DNA of 64,000 bases from an uncultured Candidatus Rokubacteria bacterium (GCA_963754315.1 CAVWFS010000001.1:32001-96000), one strand, 5' to 3'. Numbered from the stretch's first letter, positions 29,474-39,893 are shown. A program made the numbers and translations. The notes: generated from the letters alone by a model not told the origin.

Positions 29474-31060
29474 GTGCTTGCCATCTTTGTGTTGTCCCTG
29501 CTCCTGGCGCCCGGGATCGGGTGGGCGCAGGAGCGGGTGACGACGCAGGAGCAGGAAGCCGGCCGAGGCAGCGTCTACCGGCGCCCGCTCGGTAACGAGC
29601 CGGGCACCCTGGATCCGGCTAGGGTCTCTGGCTTCTATGGGCTAGCCGTCGTCGAGCAGATCTTCGAGGGGCTGGTGCAATTCGACCAGAACCTCATGAT
29701 CGCACCGGCCCTGGCCAGTTACTGGAAGGCATCCCGCGATGGGCTGACCTGGACCTTCACCTTGCGCAAGGTCAATTTCCACCACGGTCGCGAGGTCACG
29801 GCGGACGACGTCGCCTTCTCGTTTACACGCTTGCTCGACCCGCGCCTGAAGTCGGGCGCGGCCGATCTGTTCAGTGGCATCAAGGGAGCGCGCGAGTTCC
29901 GCGAGGGCAAGGCGGCCACTGTGGAAGGCCTCACCGTCGTCGACCGGCACACCATACAGGTCACGCTGAGTGAGGCCTTCGCTCCCTTTGTCTCCATGCT
30001 TGCGGTCGGGCACGCCAAGATTGTTCCGCGCGACCTCGTGACGCAGGGGAGCGAGGCGTTCGGGATGCGACCGGTAGGTACGGGACCCTTCAAGTTCGTT
30101 CGCTGGGACCGGGGCCGCGAGATCGTGCTGGCCGCCAATAGGGAGTATTACGCGGGAGCGCCCCGCCTGGCGGAGGTGCGCTATCAGATCTTTCCCGGCG
30201 AACCCATCGATGCGATCCATCGGGAGTTTCTGGCCGGCAACCTCGAGGATAGTCCCGTCCCCTTCGAAGCACGGGGCAAGCCGGGGCCGTACCAATACAT
30301 TCGGCGGCCGATGTTCAGTGTGCGGTTCTACGGTTTCAATACCCGCCACAAGCCGCTGGACGACCGGCGCATCCGGCAAGCACTCGTCCACGCCATCGAC
30401 CGGGACCATATCCGCGACACCATCTATCTGGGCCGTTACCATCCGGCGCGGGGCATCCTCCCTCCGGGCACGCCCGGCTTCAACCCGGAGATCGGCGACA
30501 TTCCCTATTCGCTCGACCGGGCGCGGCTGCTGCTCCGCCAGGCCGGATACGGTGAGGGCCGCCGATTCCCGGCCCTTACCTTGTGGTCGAGCGTGAAGAG
30601 CGAGCGGCTGCTTCGCGAGCACCACTTCATCAAGACCTCGTTGGCCGCCGTCGGCGTTCCCCTGGAAGTCCGCTACGAGACAGACTGGCCTACCTTCTCG
30701 CGACTCCTGGAAGAGGGCAGGCTGCCGTTCTTTCTCCAGGCGTGGTATGCCGATGTGCCCGACCCTGACAACTTTATGACCAAGCTGTTCTTCTCGAAGA
30801 GTCCCCGTAACTTCACCGGTTACGCCAGTACCGTGGTGGACGATCTCCTCCTCCATGCCCGCGCGGAGACCGATCTCTCACGCCGGGTCGAGCTGTACCG
30901 GCGCGCCGAGCGGATGGTGCTGGAGGATGCGCCGATCATGCCCCTCTGGCACTACACCTATGAGCGTCTCTTCCAGCCCTACGTGCGCAGCATCGAGGTC
31001 AACGGCCTGGGGGATCCCTACATCCCGTTTCGCAAGATCTGGCTGGAGGCGCCCCGATGA
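29474..31060 (+). CDS. Family-5 peptide-binding protein (OppA/DppA-like), translationally coupled to a histidine kinase
   Basis: Signal peptide ending GWA|Q; TLDPA, QIFEGLV, PVGTGPF, WYADVPDPDNF; stop overlaps the kinase ATG (ATGA); start approximate. Confidence 0.9.
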   Translation: MLAIFVLSLLLAPGIGWAQERVTTQEQEAGRGSVYRRPLGNEPGTLDPARVSGFYGLAVVEQIFEGLVQFDQNLMIAPALASYWKASRDGLTWTFTLRKVNFHHGREVTADDVAFSFTRLLDPRLKSGAADLFSGIKGAREFREGKAATVEGLTVVDRHTIQVTLSEAFAPFVSMLAVGHAKIVPRDLVTQGSEAFGMRPVGTGPFKFVRWDRGREIVLAANREYYAGAPRLAEVRYQIFPGEPIDAIHREFLAGNLEDSPVPFEARGKPGPYQYIRRPMFSVRFYGFNTRHKPLDDRRIRQALVHAIDRDHIRDTIYLGRYHPARGILPPGTPGFNPEIGDIPYSLDRARLLLRQAGYGEGRRFPALTLWSSVKSERLLREHHFIKTSLAAVGVPLEVRYETDWPTFSRLLEEGRLPFFLQAWYADVPDPDNFMTKLFFSKSPRNFTGYASTVVDDLLLHARAETDLSRRVELYRRAERMVLEDAPIMPLWHYTYERLFQPYVRSIEVNGLGDPYIPFRKIWLEAPR

Positions 31061-32940
31061 CGTCGCTGCGCGCCAAGCTTCTCTGGGGATCCGTTCTCGT
31101 CGTGGTGCTGGTGATGTCTGCCGTGTTTGCCGTGGTCGAGCATCGGCAGCGCGCGGCCATCATCGACCAAGTGGAGGAGCGGGGGGAAGCCCTTGCCCGG
31201 AGCCTGGCCGCCATGGCGTCCGGTCATCTGTTGCTCTACAACTTCACGGGTCTCGAGCAGGGGGTGGCCCGCGTCGCTCGGGAAGCCGACGTCGTCTACG
31301 CCATCGTCCTCGACGGCGACAATCTCGTAGCCGCCCACAGCCACCGGCCGGACACGGTAGGACAGGCCCTCTCCGGCGACGTGGCCAGGCTGGCGACCGA
31401 GGCCGTCCGGCCCCTCGTGCAAGACACCCGATCCGCGGAGGACGCGGGCCTCTATGACTTCTCGGTCCCGGTGATCGTCGACAACCGCCGCTGGGGTACG
31501 GCTCGCGTGGGCCTCTCCCAGAAGCGCATGGAGTCGGAGATCCGACAGACTCGACTCGAGCTCGGCGTGCTAACCGTCATCACCATTGTGGTGGGGGGGC
31601 TGGCGGCCGCCCTGGTGGCGCGCCAGATCGCTCGCCCCGTCCAGCGCCTGGCCGATGGGGTGGCGGCCATCTCGCGCGGCGAATTGAACCAACGCATCGA
31701 GCCTACCACCCGCGACGAGATCGGACGGCTGGCCGTTGCCTTCAACCATATGGCGGCCCAGCTCGCCCAGCAACGGAGTGCGCTCGAAGTGGCTCACGCG
31801 GAGCTACGGCAGCGCTTTGAGGAACTCGCGGACCTCAAGAGCTACACGGATAACATCCTCGCGTCGGTGAAGACGGGGATTGTCACCGTAGACTTGGACG
31901 GGCGTGTGGTGACCCTGAATCCGGCCGCCGAACTGCTGACGGGGTTCTTCGCGGGCGAGGCGGCCGGACGATACTGCACCGAGGTGTTCCGCGATAGTCC
32001 CGCTATTGGCGAGATCCTGATGGAGACCTTGGCCAATCGCGCCGACGCGCCGGGGATCCCCCTGACCCTGAAGCGTCGTAACGGCGTCCTGGTTCCCGTC
32101 GAGGTCCGAGTGGCGCCCTTGAAGGGCGGGGACGGCAAAGACCTCGGCGTGGTCGGCGTGCTGCGGGATCTCACCGTCGTGCGGGAACTGCAACGCCAGC
32201 TCGAGCGCTCTGACAGACTGGCGGCGGTGGGTACCCTCGCCGCCGGGCTCGCCCACGAGATCAAGAACCCGCTCACGTCGCTGGTCACCTTCACTCGACA
32301 TCTCACTCGGCGGTTCGACGATGCGAGCTTCCGCGAGCGATTCCAGAGTATCGTACCGCGTGAGCTCGAGCGCATCAACAGGATCGTGGAACGGCTGCTG
32401 GAGCTATCGCGGCCGGGACGCCTCACCCCCACGCCCGTGCACGTTCCAGCCCTCCTGGACCGGGCCGTCGATCTCTACAGCCACCGCATTGAGGCCCAGG
32501 GAGTGCGAGTCACGCGCGAGTACGCGGCCACGTTGGTCACGGTGTCCGCCGACGAGGACCAGCTCTATCGCGCCTTCGTGAACCTGGTGGCCAACGCCCT
32601 CGACGCCATGGACAAGGGCGGCCGACTCCTGTTGCGCGCGGGGTGGAGCGACGAGCGGGAGCCCGATCTGACCGGGCGCCTGCGCACCGGGCCCCGACTG
32701 CGCGTGGAGATCTCCGATACGGGGGTAGGCATTGCGCCGGCCGCCATGGACCGCATTTTCACCCCGTTCTTCAGCACCAAGGAAGCGGGTACGGGGCTTG
32801 GACTTGCTCTCACCCACAAGATCGTCGAGGATCACGGGGGCTCGATCCTGGTGAGGAGCAACCCCGGCACCGGTACAACCTTCCGGATTCTATTGCCGTT
32901 GGTGGCGGGGCCGTCGTCCTCGTCACGGGAACTGTCATGA
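31057..32940 (+). CDS. Membrane sensor histidine kinase (periplasmic domain-HAMP-PAS-HisKA-HATPase)
   Basis: Two TM helices, DEIGRLAVAFNHM HAMP, LNPAAE PAS, AHEIKNPL H-box, GTGLGL. Confidence 0.93.
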   Translation: MTSLRAKLLWGSVLVVVLVMSAVFAVVEHRQRAAIIDQVEERGEALARSLAAMASGHLLLYNFTGLEQGVARVAREADVVYAIVLDGDNLVAAHSHRPDTVGQALSGDVARLATEAVRPLVQDTRSAEDAGLYDFSVPVIVDNRRWGTARVGLSQKRMESEIRQTRLELGVLTVITIVVGGLAAALVARQIARPVQRLADGVAAISRGELNQRIEPTTRDEIGRLAVAFNHMAAQLAQQRSALEVAHAELRQRFEELADLKSYTDNILASVKTGIVTVDLDGRVVTLNPAAELLTGFFAGEAAGRYCTEVFRDSPAIGEILMETLANRADAPGIPLTLKRRNGVLVPVEVRVAPLKGGDGKDLGVVGVLRDLTVVRELQRQLERSDRLAAVGTLAAGLAHEIKNPLTSLVTFTRHLTRRFDDASFRERFQSIVPRELERINRIVERLLELSRPGRLTPTPVHVPALLDRAVDLYSHRIEAQGVRVTREYAATLVTVSADEDQLYRAFVNLVANALDAMDKGGRLLLRAGWSDEREPDLTGRLRTGPRLRVEISDTGVGIAPAAMDRIFTPFFSTKEAGTGLGLALTHKIVEDHGGSILVRSNPGTGTTFRILLPLVAGPSSSSRELS

Positions 32941-34085
32941 GCGAGCCGCGGACCAGCTCAGCTCTGGGCGAGCACAGTCCGGTACTCGCCGTCCGCCCTG
33001 AACCGGCCGCCACCATCCTCGTGGTCCATGACGACCCCCGCGTGCAGGTGCTGCTCCAGGACCTCCTGGCGGACCGGCGCGGGCGTGTGATCGAGGTGGC
33101 TGACGTCAGTACCGCCGTGGTGCTAGCCCAGACCCTGCGCCCGGACTGCTTCGTGCTTGATCCCGCCCTGCCCGGCCTCCACTGGGACGCGCTGCTCGAG
33201 CAGCTCCGGCGCGATCCGCGTACGCGGCAAACGCCGGTGATCATGCTCACCGCCGCCGAGGGCAGCGTGGAAAGCATCGAGGCCGCGTTGGGTGAGGGCG
33301 CCGTCGACTACATCAGCCGGCCTGCCTCCCCCGCACATGTAGCGGCGCGTGTGCGGGGGGCGATCCACCGGGCCCATCGGCTTCCGGACCTCGGGAACAT
33401 CCGTACGGACTTCATCGCCATGCTCGTGCACGATCTCCGCACGCCCTTAACGGTGATCCAGGGTTATCTCGATCTGCTGGAGTCCTCCCCCTCCGTCAAC
33501 CCCGAGTCTCCCTCACGCTATCTCCGGAACATGCTGGCCTGCTGCGCTCAAATGAAGGGGCTCGTCGACGAGATCATCGACCTCTACAAGCAGGACGCTG
33601 GCAAGTTCATGGGTGAGGCACGTCCGGTTGACGTGGCCGCCCTCGTGTCTAGCGTGGCCGGCCGCTTCGCTCAAGCCGCAAGCCGACGAGGGATCGCACT
33701 CGAGGTCTCGGGTGCCGAGCGGCCATTACAGGTCCTCGGTGATTCGGGCCGGCTCGATCAGGTCCTCATGAATCTTCTCGGCAATGCGCTCAAGTTCACC
33801 CCGGACGGCGGCACCGTGACGGCGAGTATCCGTTCGCTCGACGATGAGATTGAGGTCTCGGTGGCCGATTCCGGCCCCGGAATCCCGGCCGCCGAGATCC
33901 CCCTTCTCTTCGAGCGCTTTGCTCAAGCCGGGGAGGGACGACGGTCACGGATGACCGGGACCGGGCTCGGGTTGTTGATCTGTCGACGCGTGCTCGAGGC
34001 GCACGGCGGGCGTATCTGGGTTGAAAGCCAACCCGGGTGTGGGGCGCGCTTCGTCTTCCGGCTCGTCCGCCTGGGCGATTCCTAG
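32937..34085 (+). CDS. Cytoplasmic REC-HisKA-HATPase hybrid kinase with atypical receiver
   Basis: VHDLRTPL H-box, NLLGNALKF, GTGLGL; receiver reads VVHDD...LDPALP...YISRP. Confidence 0.85.
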   Translation: MSEPRTSSALGEHSPVLAVRPEPAATILVVHDDPRVQVLLQDLLADRRGRVIEVADVSTAVVLAQTLRPDCFVLDPALPGLHWDALLEQLRRDPRTRQTPVIMLTAAEGSVESIEAALGEGAVDYISRPASPAHVAARVRGAIHRAHRLPDLGNIRTDFIAMLVHDLRTPLTVIQGYLDLLESSPSVNPESPSRYLRNMLACCAQMKGLVDEIIDLYKQDAGKFMGEARPVDVAALVSSVAGRFAQAASRRGIALEVSGAERPLQVLGDSGRLDQVLMNLLGNALKFTPDGGTVTASIRSLDDEIEVSVADSGPGIPAAEIPLLFERFAQAGEGRRSRMTGTGLGLLICRRVLEAHGGRIWVESQPGCGARFVFRLVRLGDS

Positions 34086-34178
34086 CCAGTTCGGACCGCC
34101 CCCGCTCGGGCGCCAGCGCGACCGGTAAATTGGCGTAGGATCGACGTGGGGGCTCGCCCGGGGTCCCCAATCTCGAGC

Positions 34179-35165
34179 ATGCCGTCGATCACCGATACGG
34201 CCGTCGAAATGATCCAGTGGGTGTTCCCGGAGCACGCGGGCGCGCCCGGACAGATCCACGGCGGTCGCATGATGCAGTGGATCGCCCAGGCAGGAACCCT
34301 GGCAGCCTCGCGGGTGGCTCGAGGGCCGGTCGTGCTGGGGGCCATGGATGACATCGACTTTCTCCGGCCCGTCAAGGTAGGCGAGATCGCGATCCTGCGA
34401 GCCCAGGTCGAGGATGTCGGGACGAGCTCACTCGAGGTGGGCGTGCGCGTATGGTCTGAGAACGTGGTCAGCGGCACTCGCGCGGTGACCCTCAACTCGC
34501 ACCTTGTCTTCGTCAAGGTTGACGGCGCGGCGCGCCCGCGCCCGGTCGGCCAGGCGATCGTCCCCAGCCACGACGCCGAAGCCCTGCTCGTGGAGGCGGC
34601 GCGCGGGCGCCGAGCGCAACGGATAGCCCGCCTCGCCGCGAACTCGACGCGCCCGCGCCCAGAGCCCGACGACGCAGACGAGGACGTGCGCTGGCGCTTC
34701 GAGTCGGTGCGCTCGGTACTGCCCGAGGATGCCCTCTTCGCGAATATGATGTTTCCCGGCAAAATGCTCATGGATATCGACGAGGCAGGCGGGATTCTTT
34801 CGATGCGATACTGCCGGGGATTCGTGATGACGGCGTGCCTCGATGCCCTGGACTTCTACTCGCCGATTTGGAGCCATGAGGTGGTGACCTTCAAGGCAGG
34901 ATTGACCCACGTGGGGACCTCGTCGCTGGAGGTGGGGGTGAAGGTCCTCGCCGAGCAGCCGCGGACGGGTGAGGTACGCCACGCGTGCACGGCCTTTCTC
35001 GCCTATGTCCATCTGGGGCCCGATCTGCGCCCCCGTCCGTGTCCCCCCTTCGTTCCGGAAACGGCGGGAGAGCGGCGCCGCTGGCAGGCGGCTCTGGTGC
35101 GGCGCGAGATGCGCTTGGAACGTGTGAAGCAGCTTCGAGCTGCTATTCAGAACGAAAGAGGGTAG
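34179..35165 (+). CDS. Double hot-dog acyl-CoA thioesterase
   Basis: VFPEHAGAPGQIHGG, VGTSSLEVGV repeated in two domains. Confidence 0.85.
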   Translation: MPSITDTAVEMIQWVFPEHAGAPGQIHGGRMMQWIAQAGTLAASRVARGPVVLGAMDDIDFLRPVKVGEIAILRAQVEDVGTSSLEVGVRVWSENVVSGTRAVTLNSHLVFVKVDGAARPRPVGQAIVPSHDAEALLVEAARGRRAQRIARLAANSTRPRPEPDDADEDVRWRFESVRSVLPEDALFANMMFPGKMLMDIDEAGGILSMRYCRGFVMTACLDALDFYSPIWSHEVVTFKAGLTHVGTSSLEVGVKVLAEQPRTGEVRHACTAFLAYVHLGPDLRPRPCPPFVPETAGERRRWQAALVRREMRLERVKQLRAAIQNERG

Positions 35166-35169
35166 AGCG

Positions 35170-35922
35170 ATGTCAGGGCATTCGCGGTGGTCACAGATCA
35201 AGCGGAAAAAGGGCAAGGCGGACGTCGAACGAGGGAAGCTCTTCTCCAAGATCCTGCGCGAGATCACGGTGGCCGCCCGTCACGGGGGAGGGGACCCCAA
35301 GGTCAACATGCGGCTGAAGTCGGCCGTGGAGGCCGCCAAGGAAGCGAACATGCCGCAGGACAATGTCAAACGCGCCATCCAGAAGGGCACGGGAGAGCTG
35401 CCCGGCGAATCCTACGAGGAAATCGTCTACGAGGGGTACGGCCCCGGTGGGGTGGCGGTGATGGTCCACGTCCTCACCGACAATCGCAATCGAACGGTCC
35501 CCGAGGTCCGTCGGGCGTTCGAGAAGCACGGCGGTAACCTGGGGGGGTCCGGAGCGGTCGCCTGGATGTTCGAGCGGAAGGGCGTGATCCAGGTTGACGC
35601 CACCAAGATCGGTGAAGACGATTTGCTCACCCTGGCCCTCGATGCCGGCGCCGCTGACGTGAGGCAGGTCGAAAAAGCTTTCGAAGTCACCACCACTCCT
35701 GGTGAAATGGATGCTGTACGCGGCGCGCTGGAAACGAAGGCGGTGCCTGTGCTGCGCGCCGAGGTCTTGCTCGTCCCCCAGTCGACAGTCCGCGTGGAAG
35801 GCAAGGAGGCGCCGGCTGTCTTGCGCCTGATCGAGGCGCTCGAGGAGCTCGACGACGTCCAGAACGTCTACTCCAATTTCGACATCCCGGACGATATCAT
35901 CGAGGCGATGTCGGCGGCCTGA
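35170..35922 (+). CDS. yebC: YebC/PmpR family protein
   Basis: MSGHSRWSQIKRKK, YEGYGPGG, LTDNRNRT, DDVQNVYSN. Confidence 0.95.
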   Translation: MSGHSRWSQIKRKKGKADVERGKLFSKILREITVAARHGGGDPKVNMRLKSAVEAAKEANMPQDNVKRAIQKGTGELPGESYEEIVYEGYGPGGVAVMVHVLTDNRNRTVPEVRRAFEKHGGNLGGSGAVAWMFERKGVIQVDATKIGEDDLLTLALDAGAADVRQVEKAFEVTTTPGEMDAVRGALETKAVPVLRAEVLLVPQSTVRVEGKEAPAVLRLIEALEELDDVQNVYSNFDIPDDIIEAMSAA

Positions 35923-35959
35923 CGAGTTCTCGGGAGTCCCCACGGCCGCCCGAGGGGCG

Positions 35960-36445
35960 ACGCGTGTCCTCGGCGTGGATCCGGGACTCGTCGATACCGG
36001 CTATGGTGTGTTGGAGCGACGGGCGCATGGCCTCGAGATCCTGGCCACGGGGGTGGTCAATGCGGACCCCCGGCTGTCGCTCGAGGGGCGCCTGGCCCGC
36101 ATCTACGATGGCATCCTCGAAGTCCTGGAGGCCTTCGCGCCAGCGGTGCTCGTGCTGGAGGATCTGTACACCGAGTACCGTTTCCCGCGCACGGCGATCC
36201 TCATGGCCCACGCGCGCGGAGTCATCTGCCTGGCCGCCCGTCAACGGGGTATAGTCCTCATGACCCTTCCGCCCGCCACCGTCAAGCGCGCGATCGCGGC
36301 AAGCGGCGCGGCATCCAAGGAGCAGATCCAGCTGTCCGTCCAGCGTATCCTCAAGCTGACGCGGCCGCCGACTCCATCCCACGTCGCCGACGCGCTTGCC
36401 CTCGCCCTCACTGGGCTCTCACGGGCCGGAGCTCCCTTAGCGTGA
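35960..36445 (+). CDS. ruvC: Holliday junction resolvase; start codon ambiguous
   Basis: (T)RVLGVDPGLVDTGYGV, VLED, ARGVI, ADALALA; first canonical start is GTG at 35975. Confidence 0.9.
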   Translation, partial: TRVLGVDPGLVDTGYGVLERRAHGLEILATGVVNADPRLSLEGRLARIYDGILEVLEAFAPAVLVLEDLYTEYRFPRTAILMAHARGVICLAARQRGIVLMTLPPATVKRAIAASGAASKEQIQLSVQRILKLTRPPTPSHVADALALALTGLSRAGAPLA

Positions 36446-37107
36446 TCGCTACCCTCTCCGGGCGACTGCGCCGCAAGCTCGAGGATCGGATCATTCTCGA
36501 CGTGGTGGGGGTGGGCTACGAGGTCTATCTGCCGCCCACGGTGATGCGCCAGCTCGAACGCGTCGAGTCGGGCGACGGGGACAGCCAGCTCGAGCTGGTG
36601 ATCTACTACCATGCCACCCGTGATCAGCCGCGTCCGGTCCTCATCGGCTTCACGGCAGACCTCGACAAGGAGTTCTTCGAGAGGCTCATCACGGTAAAGG
36701 ACATCGGTCCCATGGTGGCCGCCCGGGCGCTGGCTGTCTCGGTCGGCGAGGTGGCCTCGGCCATCGTCCGGCAGGACGAGAAATTCTTGCGCGCGTTGCC
36801 CGGTATCGGTCCTCAGAAGGCGAAGAACATCGTCGCCCAGCTCCAGGGAAAGGTCGCCAAGTTCGCGCTGGCTCGGGAAGACGCCCTCGCCCCGCCGGCA
36901 AGGTCGTCGTCGGTGCCGGTGGAGACTGACGGCGTGCGTGAAATGGTGTGGGAGGTGCTCGTGAAACAGCTCGGCCATCGCCCGAGCGAGGCGTCGCAAC
37001 TGATCAGTGACGCCCTCAAGCGCCGCCCCGAGCTGCGCACGCCCGAGGAGCTCTTCGAGGAGATCTACCGAGCCGCGCCGCCGCCTACGGCTAGGACGGC
37101 GCCGTGA
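36442..37107 (+). CDS. ruvA: Holliday junction branch migration protein RuvA
   Basis: MIATLSG, GVGYEV, HhH motifs DIGP and PGIGPQKA; synteny. Confidence 0.9.
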   Translation: MIATLSGRLRRKLEDRIILDVVGVGYEVYLPPTVMRQLERVESGDGDSQLELVIYYHATRDQPRPVLIGFTADLDKEFFERLITVKDIGPMVAARALAVSVGEVASAIVRQDEKFLRALPGIGPQKAKNIVAQLQGKVAKFALAREDALAPPARSSSVPVETDGVREMVWEVLVKQLGHRPSEASQLISDALKRRPELRTPEELFEEIYRAAPPPTARTAP

Positions 37108-38147
37108 CAGGCCCGGAGCGGGCCACTGGGCTCGGTGGAGGGGCCGCGCCCGAAGAGGCCCCGTTCGAGCGGCAGCTCCGCCCCCAGTCGTTCAAGGAAT
37201 ATGTCGGTCAAGAACAGGCCGTGGCCAGTTTGCGGGTGTCGGTGGAGGCGGCCCGCCAGCGTGGCGAGTGCGTGGACCACGTGCTCCTCTACGGGCCGCC
37301 AGGGCTCGGCAAGACGACACTCGCTGGCATTCTCGCCAACGAGATGGGAACGACGCTGGTCCCCACCTCAGGCCCCGCCATCGAGCGAGGTGCCGATCTC
37401 ATGGGGATCCTGACCAACCTTGGTCGGCACGACGTGCTCTTCATCGACGAGATCCACCGTCTTCCCCGGGCCGTGGAGGAGCTCTTATATCCGGCCATGG
37501 AAGACTTCTCGGTGAACTTCGTGATCGATAAGGGAATGCACGCGCGCACGCTCAAGTATCAGCTGTCGCCCTTCACCTTGGTGGCAGCCACGACGCGGCC
37601 TGGCATGCTGTCGGCGCCCCTGCGTGAGCGGTTCGGAATCTTTCACCACCTCGATTTCTACTCGGAAGAAGAGCTCGGTCGCATTGTGGTGCGGTCTGCG
37701 GCCATCCTCTCCGCTCCCATCGAGGCGGGGGGAGCCCGTGAGCTGGCGCGCCGCTCGCGGGGGACCCCGCGCATCGTGAACCGCCTGCTGAAGCGTGTGC
37801 GCGACTACGCTCAGGTCAGCGGGAACGGCATGATCACCGAGGTCGTGGCCGCCGATGCCCTCGACCGGGAAGGGGTCGATGCGCGGGGACTTGATCGCCT
37901 CGACCGGCGCTTCCTGACGGCCATTGTGGACCACTACCAGGGAGGTCCGGTGGGGATTGAAGCCCTGGCCGCCACCATCAATGACGAGGCAGAGACCCTG
38001 GCCGAGTTGGTGGAGCCGTATCTGCTCAAAATCGGGTTCGTGGTTCGGTCGCCGTCCGGTCGCAAGGTCACCCGCGAGGCGTATTCGCATCTCGGCAAGA
38101 CGCCACCGGTAGCCCCGCGGCCCCAGCCCGGTCTCTTCGACGAATGA
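37104..38147 (+). CDS. ruvB: Holliday junction helicase RuvB
   Basis: [38 protein letters not shown]. Confidence 0.96.
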   Translation: MTGPERATGLGGGAAPEEAPFERQLRPQSFKEYVGQEQAVASLRVSVEAARQRGECVDHVLLYGPPGLGKTTLAGILANEMGTTLVPTSGPAIERGADLMGILTNLGRHDVLFIDEIHRLPRAVEELLYPAMEDFSVNFVIDKGMHARTLKYQLSPFTLVAATTRPGMLSAPLRERFGIFHHLDFYSEEELGRIVVRSAAILSAPIEAGGARELARRSRGTPRIVNRLLKRVRDYAQVSGNGMITEVVAADALDREGVDARGLDRLDRRFLTAIVDHYQGGPVGIEALAATINDEAETLAELVEPYLLKIGFVVRSPSGRKVTREAYSHLGKTPPVAPRPQPGLFDE

Positions 38148-38359
38148 CCGACATCGGTAAGGCCCTGATCGTGCTTGGCCTCGCGATTGTACTGGTGGGC
38201 GTCGTGCTTACATTCTTCGGCCGCATTCCCTGGCTTGGCCGCCTGCCCGGTGACATTCACGTGCAGCGGGGAAGCTGGTCGTTTTACTTCCCGCTGGCCA
38301 CCTCGCTTCTGTTGAGCGTCGTGCTCTCCCTGCTCTTCTACGTCTTCGGGCGCCGGTGA
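38144..38359 (+). CDS. DUF2905-family small membrane protein
   Basis: LGRLPGDI...[12 protein letters not shown]; typical position after ruvB. Confidence 0.85.
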   Translation: MTDIGKALIVLGLAIVLVGVVLTFFGRIPWLGRLPGDIHVQRGSWSFYFPLATSLLLSVVLSLLFYVFGRR

Positions 38360-39519
38360 TCCAGCGCCGCCTCCTCCTCCTGTTGTTGACGGTATGCCTG
38401 GCTATCCCTGCGGGGGCGGCTCAGCCAACTCCGCCGTCGATCACCATCAGGGTGGCCTTGGCCGAGCGTGCACCGACCGTAGAACTGCGGGGCTTCCAGC
38501 TGGAGATCGTCGAGCTCGGCCCATGTCAGGGCTGCCCCAGCGAGCCGTCGCGGGCCGAGGTAGTACGCGCCCAGGTGTGGCGGGCCGACGTGCTGCGTGC
38601 CGTGCCCAGCGGGGCTGGCGTTGACCTGGATGGGAGGCGGGCACAAGGGTTCAGGGTCGTCGGAGACCGGATCCGGTGGAACGGTCGTGACTATGGCGGG
38701 TTCATCGAGCTGATCCGTAACGGCGACGGCGTGGCCATCGTCAACGAGGTGGCACTTGAGGACTACGTGGCCGGGGTGCTTCGGGCGGAGGCGGGAGAGA
38801 GGTGGCCGGCCGAGGCGCTCCGAGCGCAAGCGATTGCCGCCCGAACGTATGGTGCCTATCACCGCATCTTGGGAGCCAGCAAGCCGTACCACCTCGTGGC
38901 GTCAATCGCCCATCAGCAGTATGCGGGGCGGGTGGGATCGAGTTCCCCGGTTTGGGCGGCGGCGAGCGAGACAGCCGGGCAGGTGCTCCTCTGGGAGGGC
39001 GAACTGTTCCCGGCGTTCTACCATACGGAGAGCGGGGGATTCACCGAGGATCCTCGCGCTGTGTTCGCCGCCCGCAACATGCCTGCCCTGAAGGCAGTCC
39101 GGTGCGAATTCTCGATCGGCTCCCCGCACTTCTACTGGACGCTCGACCTCAAGCTTTCTGACCTTACGGAGGCGTTGCGCCGCCACGAGGTACCGGTGGG
39201 CACGGTGACCGCCCTCGAGGTGGTGGAACGGACGCCATCACTGCGAGCCACTTGGGTCATGGTGCAGGGCAACCGCGGTCGCGTCCGCCTTCGCGGCAAT
39301 GATCTGCGGCGCATGGTCGGCTACGACGTGCTCAAGAGCACGCTCTTCGCGGTGGCTGTCCATGGCGATACTGCACAGTTCGCCGGCCGCGGCTACGGGC
39401 ACGGCGTGGGACTCTGCCAGTGGGGCGCCAAGGGCATGGCCGAGCAGGGCTATGTGGCCCGCCAAATTCTGGAGTTCTACTATCCGGGCACCACCCTCGG
39501 GCTCTTGACGGGACGCTGA
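38356..39519 (+). CDS. SpoIID/LytB-domain lytic transglycosylase
   Basis: LEDYVAGV, EALRAQAIAARTY, GYGHGVGLCQWGA, YYPG. Confidence 0.92.
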   Translation: MIQRRLLLLLLTVCLAIPAGAAQPTPPSITIRVALAERAPTVELRGFQLEIVELGPCQGCPSEPSRAEVVRAQVWRADVLRAVPSGAGVDLDGRRAQGFRVVGDRIRWNGRDYGGFIELIRNGDGVAIVNEVALEDYVAGVLRAEAGERWPAEALRAQAIAARTYGAYHRILGASKPYHLVASIAHQQYAGRVGSSSPVWAAASETAGQVLLWEGELFPAFYHTESGGFTEDPRAVFAARNMPALKAVRCEFSIGSPHFYWTLDLKLSDLTEALRRHEVPVGTVTALEVVERTPSLRATWVMVQGNRGRVRLRGNDLRRMVGYDVLKSTLFAVAVHGDTAQFAGRGYGHGVGLCQWGAKGMAEQGYVARQILEFYYPGTTLGLLTGR

Positions 39520-39521
39520 GG

Positions 39522-39854
39522 GTGTCGATCGTCTGGTCGGACTTCGAGAAGGTCGACATCCGGGTCGGCACCGTGACGGACGCCAAGCCTTTCCCCGAAG
39601 CGCGCAAAGCGTCCTATCGACTCTGGATCGACTTCGGTCCGTTCGGCGTGAAGCGCTCGAGCGCTCAGATCACCGCCCACTACACGGCCGAGTCGCTCCT
39701 CGGTCGGCAGGTGATCGCCGTGGTCAATTTTCCGCCCAAGCAGATCGGACCCTTCCTCTCCGAGGTGCTTGTGCTCGGGGTGTATGACACTGACGGCGAG
39801 GTGATCCTGCTTCAGCCCGACCGGGCAGTCAATCCAGGGGGGCGCATCGGCTGA
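39522..39854 (+). CDS. csaA: tRNA-binding/export chaperone CsaA
   Basis: DFEKVDIRVG, KRSSAQIT, VVNFPPKQIG. Confidence 0.88.
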   Translation: MSIVWSDFEKVDIRVGTVTDAKPFPEARKASYRLWIDFGPFGVKRSSAQITAHYTAESLLGRQVIAVVNFPPKQIGPFLSEVLVLGVYDTDGEVILLQPDRAVNPGGRIG

Positions 39855-39893
39855 CCCGTAGGGAGGGGTTTCGAGCGAGCCGCCTGCGACTTC

